A DNA stretch of 59,578 nucleotides from Fidelibacterota bacterium (GCA_046482575.1 JAWOEU010000035.1:1-59578), one strand, 5' to 3'; counted from the stretch's first letter, positions 27,260 to 37,703 are shown. Notes: a model not told the origin generated them from the letters alone. Translations and numbers: made by a program.

Positions 27260-28375
27260 TTACGGTGTTAATCCGCGAAGTACAGAATCTCTTTTTGTCG
27301 TTTTTATTGCTTCCTGACAAACCGGGACAACAGCTATACGCAGCTCCCGGCCTTCATCCGCGATATTTTGCAAAGGGTTTTCCCTCAGGCGCAGAAAGCG
27401 GTAACCAAGTGTATAAGCTATCGGACTTTCATATACCTTCTGCTCTTCATGATCTTCATTGTAGGCTTTTATTTCTTCATTTTTCAATTCGATTTCAATA
27501 TTCTTTTTTTCTTTATCCAGATTCGATAGTGTTGCCTTGTCGATCACTTCCCGGAAAGGCTGCTCTATGGCTTCCGGGGGAGTGGAATGCAGAAAATATA
27601 CGCTGTCGTTTTCGACTATGACAAATCCGTAGTGACCCACCCATTTATTTTGTTTGTAACCACGGACAACATTGACAATATCTCCCGTTTCCAGCTGTCC
27701 CAGAATTTCCGGCATGATCTCCAGCGGTATATAGCTCCAGATAAGTGAATCTTTCGGAAGTGTATAAGGCACGCTGCGTTTTTTGAAAAATTTTCCCTTA
27801 TCCACTTTCAAGGTATCGTAACCCAGTCTTTCTCCGGCAAGTTCTCCGGTTATGTTTTCTGCCAGCCAGTCATTACTGCGCGGCCAGTCATACTCTCCAT
27901 AGTGATTTCTGGTAGTGTAACCGATGATCCCGTTCTTATATCTTATACGCTGAAGAATAGAAAAAAAGCTTTGCCAGTCGTGTGCAAGCGCCATCGCAAG
28001 TATATGTTCACAGAAGACCACGCAGTCACCCTCTTCCAGCGAATACAGCGGCTGACTGTCGTATATCTCAACAGGATACTCACCGAGAAGATAGATGTCA
28101 TAGGGCTGTCCGAGGTTTTTTCTTGCAAGATGCTTTACACGCTCCTGAAGGCCGGGTATTGTATATTGAAGATACGGCAGATAAAGATCGATCTCATTGG
28201 GAGTAAATTCATACAACGGCTTAAATAACATTGTTTTCAGTTGTTCGTGATCAATTCCGAGCGTATCAGCGGCCAGCCGCTGTTCTGCAGAAAGCTCCTC
28301 CGGCTCTTTTTCGCAACCCCCGGAGAGGATAAGAATGAATATGAGAATCAGGACAGTAAATATTTTTCTTTTCAT
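27260..28375 (-). CDS. DUF1460 (amidase-like) lipoprotein
   Basis: Lipobox LSGGC. Motifs GQPY...LEEGDCVVFCEHILAMALA and RIRYKNGIIGYTTRNHYGEYDW resemble DUF1460. Confidence 0.65.
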   Translation of the reverse strand: MKRKIFTVLILIFILILSGGCEKEPEELSAEQRLAADTLGIDHEQLKTMLFKPLYEFTPNEIDLYLPYLQYTIPGLQERVKHLARKNLGQPYDIYLLGEYPVEIYDSQPLYSLEEGDCVVFCEHILAMALAHDWQSFFSILQRIRYKNGIIGYTTRNHYGEYDWPRSNDWLAENITGELAGERLGYDTLKVDKGKFFKKRSVPYTLPKDSLIWSYIPLEIMPEILGQLETGDIVNVVRGYKQNKWVGHYGFVIVENDSVYFLHSTPPEAIEQPFREVIDKATLSNLDKEKKNIEIELKNEEIKAYNEDHEEQKVYESPIAYTLGYRFLRLRENPLQNIADEGRELRIAVVPVCQEAIKTTKRDSVLRGLTP

Positions 28376-28461
28376 GTGTGCCTCTTTTTATTGATTAAGT
28401 TACAAAGTATTTTCTTTTGCGGGAAGTAATAATTACCTTTTCATTTTATATAAGGAAAACA

Positions 28462-29838
28462 ATGCCCGAGAAAATATCACGCGTAGAAAAATTCATAAAC
28501 AACCCCCGAAAAGCAGTATGGAGCCTTTCCTTTCCCGTTTTTCTCGGCATGATCGTTCATTATCTTTATAATCTGACAGATACATTTTTCGTAAGTAAGA
28601 TAAGCGGCGATGCTATTGCAGCCATGCAGTTCAATCAGCCGTTTGTGTTTTTTGCGATCAGTATTTGTTTTGGTCTTGGTATTGGCGTTACCAGTGTGAT
28701 CTCTCAGGCACTGGGTGCAAGAGATAAACACCGTGCCAATAATGCTGCCGAACATGCGGTTTTGCTGGGAATAGTAATAGGCCTGATTATTTCTTCTGTC
28801 AGTATAATTTTCCGTTATCCGATCTTTAAACTTCTGGGAGCACCGGACAATGTCATTGATCTTGCGGTAAGCTATTTTGAAATAATTGTTTTCGGCTTTG
28901 TTTTTAATATCCTTAACGTTTTTTTTCGTTCCGTTCTTTCCGGGGAAGGTGATGTTAAAACCCCTGTCCGTTTTATGATATTCGGTACCGGTATAAATAT
29001 TATTCTGGACCCGATATTCATTTTTGTCTTTAATCTGGGAATTGCCGGTGCCGCCTGGGCTACCATTACCGCGCAGGTGGCTGTTACAATCCTGTATATC
29101 ATTTTCTTTTTTGTCCAGCGCGAAAGTCTGGTCCGGTTTGCTTTTTCCGATTTTTCTTTTTCCCGGGATATCATAGCAAAGACCTTCCGGATCGGGCTGC
29201 CGGCATCCATATCGTTTGTAATAATGTCGTTCGGCCAAATGATCTACAACCGTATTGTTGTTTATTTCGGAAGTGATGCAGTGGCCGGGGTGGGTGTCGG
29301 TATGCGCCTTGATCAGCTATTCTTTTTGCCTATTATGGCGGGCGCTTCTTCTCTGGTCACCCTTATCGGTATGTTCTATGGAGCAAAGCGTATTGATCTT
29401 ATACGATCAACCTATTTATATGTCATCCGCTGGGGCGAGATCATTGCCTTCACTTTTGGTCTTTTATTTTATCTTATTTCTCCTTACTTTGTAAAAATAT
29501 TTTCAACAGATCCTGCAATTACAGGTGTTGCTGTTATGTATATACGCTTTAACGTTTTTGCATATCCTTTCATTGTGGTCGGCATGACAACCGGCAGGGT
29601 TTTTCAGGGATTTGGTAAAGGCATTCCCGGCCTGATGATCACAACGATCAGGATCGCGATCATCATTGTGCCGCTGGCTGTCCTTTTTACACGCGTGTTC
29701 GGCTGGGGTGTACAGGGCGTGTTCATTGCTCAGATCATTGCCTCTTTTCTAGCAGCCGCCATAGCATACTTCTGGCTATCGCACAGTCTGAAAAAAATCG
29801 AAAGTGCAGAGATCCTGTACGGGGAGATTAACGCATGA
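28462..29838 (+). CDS. MATE-family efflux transporter
   Basis: 12-TM profile with MATE repeats. ATG 28462 has an AAGGA RBS, whereas the track start at 28417 is a TTG. Confidence 0.9.
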   Translation: MPEKISRVEKFINNPRKAVWSLSFPVFLGMIVHYLYNLTDTFFVSKISGDAIAAMQFNQPFVFFAISICFGLGIGVTSVISQALGARDKHRANNAAEHAVLLGIVIGLIISSVSIIFRYPIFKLLGAPDNVIDLAVSYFEIIVFGFVFNILNVFFRSVLSGEGDVKTPVRFMIFGTGINIILDPIFIFVFNLGIAGAAWATITAQVAVTILYIIFFFVQRESLVRFAFSDFSFSRDIIAKTFRIGLPASISFVIMSFGQMIYNRIVVYFGSDAVAGVGVGMRLDQLFFLPIMAGASSLVTLIGMFYGAKRIDLIRSTYLYVIRWGEIIAFTFGLLFYLISPYFVKIFSTDPAITGVAVMYIRFNVFAYPFIVVGMTTGRVFQGFGKGIPGLMITTIRIAIIIVPLAVLFTRVFGWGVQGVFIAQIIASFLAAAIAYFWLSHSLKKIESAEILYGEINA

Positions 29839-30218
29839 AGAGACATCTTAGCTATCCGCTGAATATAACGACCCGGGAAGCGTTAAAAGAGATCGCCAGG
29901 GGAATACCGGCACTAATGAAACTATTTTACCGCCTCTTGCGGGATGAAAACACACCCCGCCATGTTAAATGGTGGATCGGCGGTTCAGTATTGTATTTGA
30001 TCACTCCCATTAATCTGAAATTCCGGAACGCGAAACGCTTTCCCTTTCTTTTGTTGAATTATGTTGATGATATCATGGTGGTAGCCGGATTGGTGCAACG
30101 TGTTTTTCATGATACTCCCGATGTGCTGCTGGAAAAACACTGGACCCATGATATGTCGCTGACGGATTGGCAAAACCTGCTATTTAAAATAAAAACAGAT
30201 GTTCAAAACTTTATTTGA
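29835..30218 (+). CDS. DUF1232 (YkvA-like) membrane protein
   Basis: ATGA overlap with the MATE gene. The WWIGGSVLYLITPINL ... DDIMVVAGL pattern resembles DUF1232. Confidence 0.6.
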   Translation: MKRHLSYPLNITTREALKEIARGIPALMKLFYRLLRDENTPRHVKWWIGGSVLYLITPINLKFRNAKRFPFLLLNYVDDIMVVAGLVQRVFHDTPDVLLEKHWTHDMSLTDWQNLLFKIKTDVQNFI

Positions 30219-30227
30219 AAGGATACT

Positions 30228-31706
30228 ATGCCTGAACGATCTTCCGGACTCCTGTTGCATATAAGCTCTCTCCCTTCCGCCTGGGGAAAGGGTGATTTTG
30301 GTATGGAGTCTTATAAATTTATTGACTGGCTCGAACGGACAGAGCAGTCCTTGTGGCAGATACTGCCGCTTACCTATCCCGATATGACCGGTTCACCGTA
30401 TGCAAGTCCTTCTGCGAATGCCATTAATCCCGATTTTGTCAGTCCGGACATGCTGAGAAAAGACGGTTTATTAAATGATGATGAATGGGAGTACTGTCAG
30501 TGGGTGCGGGATGGCGATGTTCACGACGTGCGGCAACAAGCATTTATGCTGGCATATGTCAATTGGAAAAACAGGCCGGACGACGATGAATTCACGGTAT
30601 TTTGCAATGATCATTCCTACTGGCTTGACGACACGGCATTATTTATGACCATCCGCGAATATTTTCCCGGAAGCTGGTATGATTTTCCCGAAGGACTCAG
30701 GAACCGGGATAAAGAAGCGGTCACTCAATGGGAACGGGAACATGCAGATGATATTCTGCAGTTCAAGTTCGAACAATTTATCCTTTTCCGTCAATGGGGA
30801 AGAATTAAAAGTTATGCCAATGAAAAAAATATTCGCATCATTGGTGATATCCCGGTCTTTATCTCAACCGATTCCGCGGATGTATGGTCGCACCGGAAAC
30901 TTTTCAAACTTGATGAACAAGGTGTCCCGAAGGTACTGACCGGCGTGCCGCCGGATCTTTTTACCAGTACGGGACAATTATGGGGACAACCGCATTTTGA
31001 CTGGAAAGCCATGAAATCCGATGATTACCGCTGGTGGATTGAGCGTGTCCGTGTAGGAAAGCTTCATGCGGATATCCTGCGAATAGATCATTTTCGCGGC
31101 TTTTGCGCTGCCTATGAGATCCCCTATGGAGCTGAAACCGCAATGAACGGCGAGTGGGTCGAAGGTCCGCGTGACGATATTTTTCACGTACTGCACAGGC
31201 ACATTCCCGGTCTTTATATTATAGCTGAGGATCTTGGTGTTATTACTCCCGATGTGACGGCATTGCGCAAGCGCTTTCATTATCCCGGTATGAAAGTCCT
31301 GCAGTTTGCTTTTAACAGTGATGAGAACAATACCTATCTGCCTGAAAATTTTGACCCTGAAGACCGGTTCGTGGTCTATACGGGGACGCATGACAATAAC
31401 ACCACCCGCGGCTGGTATGAGAATGCAGATAAAAATGAAAAAGAAATGCTGAGGCGATATATAAAGAAAGATACCGGCATCGTATGGGAATTGATAAAAA
31501 TGGCTTTTTATTCCAATGCCATGTGGGCGGTAATACCCTTACAGGATCTGCTGGGACTGGGGAGTTCCGCACGCATGAATACTCCGGGAACGGTCATGGG
31601 AAACTGGAAATGGCAGCTGGATGAATTTAACCTGCCGGAAGAACGTGCACAAGAATTAAGGGATCTTACACGGGAAAGCGGAAGAGACACTCCATTAACA
31701 GTATGA
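30228..31706 (+). CDS. malQ: 4-alpha-glucanotransferase (amylomaltase, GH77)
   Basis: SSGLLLHISSLPS..GKGDFG N-terminus, RIDHFRGF and TGTHDN motifs. Confidence 0.93.
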   Translation: MPERSSGLLLHISSLPSAWGKGDFGMESYKFIDWLERTEQSLWQILPLTYPDMTGSPYASPSANAINPDFVSPDMLRKDGLLNDDEWEYCQWVRDGDVHDVRQQAFMLAYVNWKNRPDDDEFTVFCNDHSYWLDDTALFMTIREYFPGSWYDFPEGLRNRDKEAVTQWEREHADDILQFKFEQFILFRQWGRIKSYANEKNIRIIGDIPVFISTDSADVWSHRKLFKLDEQGVPKVLTGVPPDLFTSTGQLWGQPHFDWKAMKSDDYRWWIERVRVGKLHADILRIDHFRGFCAAYEIPYGAETAMNGEWVEGPRDDIFHVLHRHIPGLYIIAEDLGVITPDVTALRKRFHYPGMKVLQFAFNSDENNTYLPENFDPEDRFVVYTGTHDNNTTRGWYENADKNEKEMLRRYIKKDTGIVWELIKMAFYSNAMWAVIPLQDLLGLGSSARMNTPGTVMGNWKWQLDEFNLPEERAQELRDLTRESGRDTPLTV

Positions 31707-32476
31707 AAAATTTGCAAGAGAAACATCTCCATCCGCAGGTTGAAGAAATAAAACCCCCCTTCTACTTTTTTTCCGACACCCACATTTCCTCGCGTCAGGG
31801 AAAAGCACAGAAGCAGCGCATGGAAAAATTACTGAAACACCTGAAAAAGATAAAGGACACGGGAGGAACTTTATTTATACTCGGCGATTTCTTTGATTTC
31901 TGGTTCGATTGCCGTAATTATATTCCCGAAACACTTAAGCCGCTTGTCGGGATGTTGTCCGGCCTCCGGGAAAATGGCATAGAGATCCACTATGTGGGCG
32001 GTAATCATGATTACTGGGTACGGGGATATTTAACGCAGGAACTGGGAATTCATTTTTATCCGGATGCGATCGCATTTACATATGAAGGAACAAGATTTTA
32101 TTGTCAGCATGGCGATGAGGTGGTCTATAACCACGCCGTTTATCCATACATCCGGAAGATCCTGCGTTCTTCCTCTGCCATTGCACTGTTAAAATTACTT
32201 CCCGTAAAATGGATATACACACTTGGAGAAGGGGTCAGCCACTATAACCGCGCACTGACACGCATCCCCCGGGTGCCCGAAGAAATTGTTGATGAAATGC
32301 GTGCATTTCTTTATGAAAAGTTAAAAAACGGGTATGATATTACCATAAGCGGACATATTCACAAACCCTGTTATGAAACAAAAAACGGGAAAAGCATGGT
32401 TATTCTGGGGGACTGGATCCATCATTGCAGTTATGGTATATGGGATGTATCCGGGTTCCGTCTTATACAGGAATAA
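31703..32476 (+). CDS. lpxH: UDP-2,3-diacylglucosamine diphosphatase (LpxH-like calcineurin-type metallophosphoesterase)
   Basis: FFSDTHI, ILGDFFDFW, GGNHDYW and QHGDE motifs. Confidence 0.72.
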   Translation: MKNLQEKHLHPQVEEIKPPFYFFSDTHISSRQGKAQKQRMEKLLKHLKKIKDTGGTLFILGDFFDFWFDCRNYIPETLKPLVGMLSGLRENGIEIHYVGGNHDYWVRGYLTQELGIHFYPDAIAFTYEGTRFYCQHGDEVVYNHAVYPYIRKILRSSSAIALLKLLPVKWIYTLGEGVSHYNRALTRIPRVPEEIVDEMRAFLYEKLKNGYDITISGHIHKPCYETKNGKSMVILGDWIHHCSYGIWDVSGFRLIQE

Positions 32477-32480
32477 CGCG

Positions 32481-34244
32481 ATGAAATATAAATCGTACTT
32501 CGTTGTCTTTCTTTTATTTTTTTCTTTGCTTCCGTTAAAAAGTAATGCTGCGGATACTACAATGGTATATGCCGACCAGCTGAATCATTATTATATGTTT
32601 GGCGGATGGAATCATTTTTCAGCAGCTTACAATAATATCTATATCAGCAGCAACATCAGGAACAGCAGTTCCATGTACAGTGAAACTTCACGCCTGAAGA
32701 CACAAACAGATATGTCCGGTGATCTCCTGTACATGTTTTCCCCACGGACACGCGCCGGATTGACGGCAAAATATTATCTTTTCCGCGATGGACAGAGTTC
32801 CCATGCTAATGATTATGATCAGTCACGATTCGGAATAAAGGGAGATTACAAAAAAAAGCAATATACTTTTCTGCTGGAAAGCGGATATGCACGGGAAACC
32901 CGATTGGGAATACGGGATATGGGATGGTACGGCGGAATGGAACTGTCACGGAATCAAAGCGGACTGATGTTCTATCCCGAACTTGACTGGGATTATTCCC
33001 GGATGGGCGATCGCCGTAATTATACCTTTGATAATCGCATATCTTTCCGTGTAAACCCGTCGTCATCTTTTAAGAACCGTTTTTCAGCAGGAGTAAAAAT
33101 ATACAATCGTGAATACTATATCACTCATGATGCGGATACGGAAGAACGCTTCAACACCACTGCATACATTCGCAATGATCTGCGTTATCCTCTTCATGAA
33201 AAAGTTGTGCTTCATTATCGTTTACACTTTTCCAGCAGTCGCGACGGTCTGCAGTTTAATTATTACGATGAAAAGGAAACCCGTACCCGCCGGTTTCTTG
33301 GTTTGCAGAACGATATCCGTCTGCAGGCAAAATCGGGCAGTTTCAGTGGGTATATCGGTTTTTCAAATGATTATAAGCAGAGCGGTATAAGCGCGACAAA
33401 TCCCGGAATATCACTGCCTGCAGATTATATTTTTGATAAAAAAAGCGTTCTGGGCCGTCTTTCCTGGCGCATTTCGGAAAATGACAGTCTGTTCGTTAAT
33501 TATCTGGGATCATTGCTTTATTATGACACGCCGGATACGAATAATTATGATGACCGCGATGAACTTACTTATTCCATTTCCCCGGCCTGGCATCACCGCC
33601 TGGATCGTTATACCCGCTTGCGTGTTTCGGCGAATGTATTTCTTCATCACTATGTCTATCTTTTTCATCAGCGTTCGGCACAAAACCACTGGAACCGGGT
33701 TTTTTCCATTAAATCAGAGGTAAATACGCATATTCCCCGGGTGATCCGCTGGAATGCAAAACAAGAGATCTACGCAAACTATTTTGTTTACGATCATGAG
33801 GACTCTGCCTTTGTTCATGTTCAGAGCATGATATTCCGGGGACTGAAGCTTCAGCAGAATATTCAATGGTATCTCAACGCAAACTGGTTTTTGCAGGCCA
33901 ATATATTTTTCCGTTTTGAAGATAACGGTTTATTGGACTGGGAGGCATTTATTCAAAATAGGACGGACAGTAAATATACCATAAAATGTGGATTGAAACC
34001 GGGCTATAAAATAAAAGATGTCAGTATTGCCGCCGGTCCGGTTTTTTCTTACCGCAGGGATTTTCGATATGTGGATCTGGATACACGTGAAGAAAGTTAT
34101 TACTCCCGGAGAGCGGGAGGAGCCGTTTCCTTCAGGTACAAGAATAATATTTCTTTCAGCTACCGCCTGGAGCAGATCAGGCAACCGAATACCGGGAAGT
34201 CATACAATCAGTCGGGAACACTGCGAATTAACTGGATATTCTGA
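32481..34244 (+). CDS. Outer-membrane beta-barrel protein of unknown family
   Basis: ATG 32481 gives a clean signal peptide (LLPLKSNA/AD). The sequence is Y/R/N/S-rich with alternating strands and a C-terminal ...LRINWIF. The track start at 32373 overlaps lpxH. Confidence 0.6.
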   Translation: MKYKSYFVVFLLFFSLLPLKSNAADTTMVYADQLNHYYMFGGWNHFSAAYNNIYISSNIRNSSSMYSETSRLKTQTDMSGDLLYMFSPRTRAGLTAKYYLFRDGQSSHANDYDQSRFGIKGDYKKKQYTFLLESGYARETRLGIRDMGWYGGMELSRNQSGLMFYPELDWDYSRMGDRRNYTFDNRISFRVNPSSSFKNRFSAGVKIYNREYYITHDADTEERFNTTAYIRNDLRYPLHEKVVLHYRLHFSSSRDGLQFNYYDEKETRTRRFLGLQNDIRLQAKSGSFSGYIGFSNDYKQSGISATNPGISLPADYIFDKKSVLGRLSWRISENDSLFVNYLGSLLYYDTPDTNNYDDRDELTYSISPAWHHRLDRYTRLRVSANVFLHHYVYLFHQRSAQNHWNRVFSIKSEVNTHIPRVIRWNAKQEIYANYFVYDHEDSAFVHVQSMIFRGLKLQQNIQWYLNANWFLQANIFFRFEDNGLLDWEAFIQNRTDSKYTIKCGLKPGYKIKDVSIAAGPVFSYRRDFRYVDLDTREESYYSRRAGGAVSFRYKNNISFSYRLEQIRQPNTGKSYNQSGTLRINWIF

Positions 34245-34394
34245 AGGATCTTATGTTGTTAAGCTGAAGATAGCGGCTTTTTCTGTGCCGGTATAAAAAA
34301 CTTGTTTACGGATGTTCGGCCCGGTTCACGGTGCTTTGATCAATACTGATATTCACCGTTTACCGTCGCCGTACTGATCGGGAAAATATGTAGA

Positions 34395-34721
34395 TCAATT
34401 GGGTACTTTTTTATCTTCCGGCTGGAAACTCAGGCGGGACTTGTTGGGATTCTGCACTTCCCTTATCTCCCCGAAACGTTCTTCATAACGTGAAATATTG
34501 GTCGTAAGCGTTTTCATGAGCGCCTTAGCGTGCTGAGGGGAAAGGATCAGGCGTGAAATAACATTGGCTTTTGGAAGACCGGGCAGCATCTGACAGAAAT
34601 CGAGGATAAATTCGCTGGGACTGTGGGTTACGATCTGCAGATTTGCATATTTTCCCTCTGCGGTTTTTTCATTGATATTGATCTCAATGCTCCGCTTGGG
34701 ATTGTCATTTTCATTTTTCAT
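34395..34721 (-). CDS. DUF3467 family protein
   Basis: YANLQIVTHSPSEFILDF...LPG...V.SRLILSPQHAKALMKTL pattern. ATG 34721 lies 11 nt after GAGGA, and ATG 34730 is also possible. The long track start at 34802 is unlikely. Confidence 0.72.
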   Translation of the reverse strand: MKNENDNPKRSIEININEKTAEGKYANLQIVTHSPSEFILDFCQMLPGLPKANVISRLILSPQHAKALMKTLTTNISRYEERFGEIREVQNPNKSRLSFQPEDKKVPN

Positions 34722-35154
34722 CTTCTTCATCTTCCTCAAAATTAAATGCGGAATAGTCCTCTTCATCATCAGAAGACGATTCCATGTCGGCAATAAATTC
34801 ATCTTCGATGGATATCATATTATCATCGAGGAAATCCTGGGGATTGTTGTTTTCCACATCGGTAATGTCATGTTCATCATCCATTTCATTACTTTCATAT
34901 TTCAGGAAATCATTCCCGAAAAGCGATGTGTCAAAAAAATCAACATTATCGACGATACCCTGCTCAACAATATATTCTAAAAAATCAAGATATTCTTCGG
35001 ATTTTAAGTTCGTTCTGCAATGCGGACAGAATAAACGCTTTCTTAACAATTGTTTATTTAAGGGCTCGCCGCATTTCGGGCAAAGTAATTCGTTAAATGA
35101 ACTCAAAATAAACCTCTTTTCAAATTTTCGAAAAGATAAGCGTAAGTTTTTCAC
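34711..35154 (-). CDS. Zinc-ribbon protein with extremely acidic C-terminal half (hypothetical)
   Basis: CPKCG-x15-CPHC ribbon followed by about 90 aa rich in D/E. The track start is a GTG, and an alternative TTG at 35106 has an AGAGG RBS. Confidence 0.6.
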   Translation of the reverse strand: MKNLRLSFRKFEKRFILSSFNELLCPKCGEPLNKQLLRKRLFCPHCRTNLKSEEYLDFLEYIVEQGIVDNVDFFDTSLFGNDFLKYESNEMDDEHDITDVENNNPQDFLDDNMISIEDEFIADMESSSDDEEDYSAFNFEEDEEDEK

Positions 35155-35248
35155 TTTGCAAGTTAAAAATACGTTCAGATCGCAACCTTTTTTCCTCTGT
35201 TTTGAATGAGCCCGTGCCTGAGCTTTTAGCCGATGTCCTGCGGTAAAT

Positions 35249-36262
35249 TTATTTTTCGAATGCTAACTGCAGATAAACGTTTTTATCCACGTAAACATTA
35301 ACGACATCCCAGATATTCTCAGAATAATCAGGGAGCAGAACCCTGCCGAGAGGAGAAAGAATAAATTTATTTCCGTCGCGGGAAGAAAAAATGAAGGGAA
35401 TTTCGCTTGTATTTTCCAATAAGGCATCATTGCCCTGCACATCGATTTTCAGACAGGCACGAACAAAATCTTCCACGAGTTTTTCCGGACCCGCCAAAAT
35501 ATTTTTTTCCGTTACGGCAATAGATCTTCCGGCAAATAAGGCTTCTTTCACCGATTCTTCGTTGCGTTTTTCTGCAAACACCAGGGTCAGGGGGCGATGA
35601 GCGGATTCCGAAAAAGCTTCGGAAGAAATACCGTGAATGTCGGAATTCCCCAGTACGGCAAGATCATGTTCGTTTGTATATTTCAGAACAGCGGGATAAT
35701 AATCACGCCAGTTCGCGAATTCAATACCGTGCATCCAGCCGCGTTCGATCAGGGTTGTATGTATATCATACCAGCGGACCACACGGTCCGGCTGGTGCAC
35801 GATCCATCCCGGATGATTCCAGAAGATAAAAGCCCCCTGGCGGACAGCTTCCTCGATCGCCGGCAGGAACTCCTTAATAATGAGCTTATTTGCATCCTGA
35901 ATAAAAATAGCGTTAAAATGCCCCGGCGGCATCCATCGCGTAAACTCCACACCCGCAATACAAATAATATCCTTTCGCTTTGCGCGTTTAGCGGCAATTT
36001 CAAAAGAAAAATTATGGTCTTCCTTCAGATATTTTTTATGAGGCAGATATTCCAGATGATCGGTAATGGCAATTACATCAATACCTTCATTCACGGCTTC
36101 ATCCACGCGGATGGTCGGCCACACCAGACCGTCCGAAAAAACCGTATGCATATGAAGGTCGCATTTTAACGTTTTATATTCACCGAGATCGGGGACTATC
36201 TGTGCATTGAGTATTGCCGCCGATACCGGAAGCATTAACAAAAAAAGATATATTTTTCGCAT
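35249..36262 (-). CDS. Secreted PHP-domain metal-dependent phosphoesterase
   Basis: Signal peptide, CDLHMHTVFSDG ... AITDHLEY PHP motifs, and a later NSDIHG. Confidence 0.8.
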   Translation of the reverse strand: MRKIYLFLLMLPVSAAILNAQIVPDLGEYKTLKCDLHMHTVFSDGLVWPTIRVDEAVNEGIDVIAITDHLEYLPHKKYLKEDHNFSFEIAAKRAKRKDIICIAGVEFTRWMPPGHFNAIFIQDANKLIIKEFLPAIEEAVRQGAFIFWNHPGWIVHQPDRVVRWYDIHTTLIERGWMHGIEFANWRDYYPAVLKYTNEHDLAVLGNSDIHGISSEAFSESAHRPLTLVFAEKRNEESVKEALFAGRSIAVTEKNILAGPEKLVEDFVRACLKIDVQGNDALLENTSEIPFIFSSRDGNKFILSPLGRVLLPDYSENIWDVVNVYVDKNVYLQLAFEK

Positions 36263-36457
36263 ATGGCACCTTTAGTGTTATTGCATTATGCGGAAAATAT
36301 ACATTAAAAAACCTGAAAAGCGAATGCAAAAATGTCAGACATGAACAGCAGAATGAATTTTATTCTGTTTTTTGTGAAACGCCGCGTATGATGAAATTCT
36401 ATTTCAAAAACGTCTGTCTTTTGTTATATTCATTTTAACAAAAAATAAGGAATACCG

Positions 36458-37669
36458 ATGAAAAAAATACTTCTAACAGTACTGGCAGCCATCTTTTTTA
36501 CGGCATGCGGTGATATCCCCGTTCAGCCCGTACAGAAATTCGTTGATGAGATCCGGGAGGACGTATGTCCTGACCGCAGAGTAAATATTTTCGATGTGGA
36601 ATTCGAGCGACAAGGGAAAACGGTTACTCTGAAAGGACAAATGAACAGCAAATCCGGACTGGACAGTCTTGTGGCCCGTCTGGAACGGGAAGGATATACC
36701 GTCGCAAATAAGATACAATTACTTCCGGATGCCGCCCTGGATGGAAAATACTACGGAGTGGTAAACCGCTCGGTCGCGAATATACGTGTTGAACCTTCTG
36801 CGCGGAGTGAAATGGCCACACAAGCTGTTTTAGGCGTACCGCTTCGTATTTATAAAAAGCAGGGCAGTAATTACTATGTGCAGACCCCCGACGGATATTT
36901 AGGTTGGATAGAAAGCGGAGCTTTTACTGCAATGACGGTAAAAGAATTTAACACATGGCGAAACAGTGAAAAAGTAATCTATCTTAAAGATACCGGCTAT
37001 ATCTATAAGAAAGCATCGAAAGATTCCGACCGCATCGGGGATATTACCGCTACCAGCATTTTGAAAGTGATCGAACCGAAAAATGGTTTTGTTAAGATCG
37101 CTTATCCTGACGGCCGTACCGGATATATTGAACGTTCAGCCTGTGACCATTTTGAAGTCTGGAGCTTTTCGGTTCAACCGAAACCACGAAGTATTATTTC
37201 ATTGGCAAAGAGCTACATGGGACGTCCGTATCTCTGGGGCGGTACGTCAACGAAAATGATGGACTGTTCCGGTTTCGTGCGTATTGTGATGATGCTGCAC
37301 GGCATCTATCTTCCGCGGGATGCTTCGCAGCAGGCCCTTATCGGGAAGACCGTTGCGGAAGGAAAGGAAGAGATCGCGAAACTGAAACCGGGCGATCTGC
37401 TTTTCTTCGGACGCCGGCGGGATGACGGAAGCAAACGCGTTACTCATGTAGGCATATATATTGGAAATGACCGTTTTATTCATGAATCCGGTACTGTGTT
37501 TATTCAGAGCCTGAATCCGGAACATGAGGATTACAGTGCGTATCGTCATAATCAATTTCTTCATGCAAAAGATGTCATAAACCATGTTGATAATTATGGC
37601 GTCCAGCATATTCTGTCAAACTCCATGTTTTTCAGAAAAGAAATTAACAGAATGGCAGGTGGAAAATAA
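36458..37669 (+). CDS. NlpC/P60 (C40) cell-wall peptidase lipoprotein with SH3-like domains
   Basis: Lipobox FFTAC, catalytic MMDCSGFV and THVGIYIG..FIHES, and SH3b-like repeats in the middle. Confidence 0.9.
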   Translation: MKKILLTVLAAIFFTACGDIPVQPVQKFVDEIREDVCPDRRVNIFDVEFERQGKTVTLKGQMNSKSGLDSLVARLEREGYTVANKIQLLPDAALDGKYYGVVNRSVANIRVEPSARSEMATQAVLGVPLRIYKKQGSNYYVQTPDGYLGWIESGAFTAMTVKEFNTWRNSEKVIYLKDTGYIYKKASKDSDRIGDITATSILKVIEPKNGFVKIAYPDGRTGYIERSACDHFEVWSFSVQPKPRSIISLAKSYMGRPYLWGGTSTKMMDCSGFVRIVMMLHGIYLPRDASQQALIGKTVAEGKEEIAKLKPGDLLFFGRRRDDGSKRVTHVGIYIGNDRFIHESGTVFIQSLNPEHEDYSAYRHNQFLHAKDVINHVDNYGVQHILSNSMFFRKEINRMAGGK

Positions 37670-37671
37670 AG

Positions 37672-37703
37672 AAAAACGGGGCCTTGCAGCCCCGTTTCTT
37701 TTT
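37672..37703. terminator. Bidirectional Rho-independent terminator between convergent genes
   Basis: 9-bp stem aaacggggc / gccccgttt with loop cttgca, an A-run on the left and a T-run on the right. Confidence 0.85.

Noticed and set aside
32373-32480. 36-codon N-terminal extension of the beta-barrel ORF
   Set aside because: It overlaps the lpxH 3' end in another frame. The ATG at 32481 yields a canonical signal peptide.
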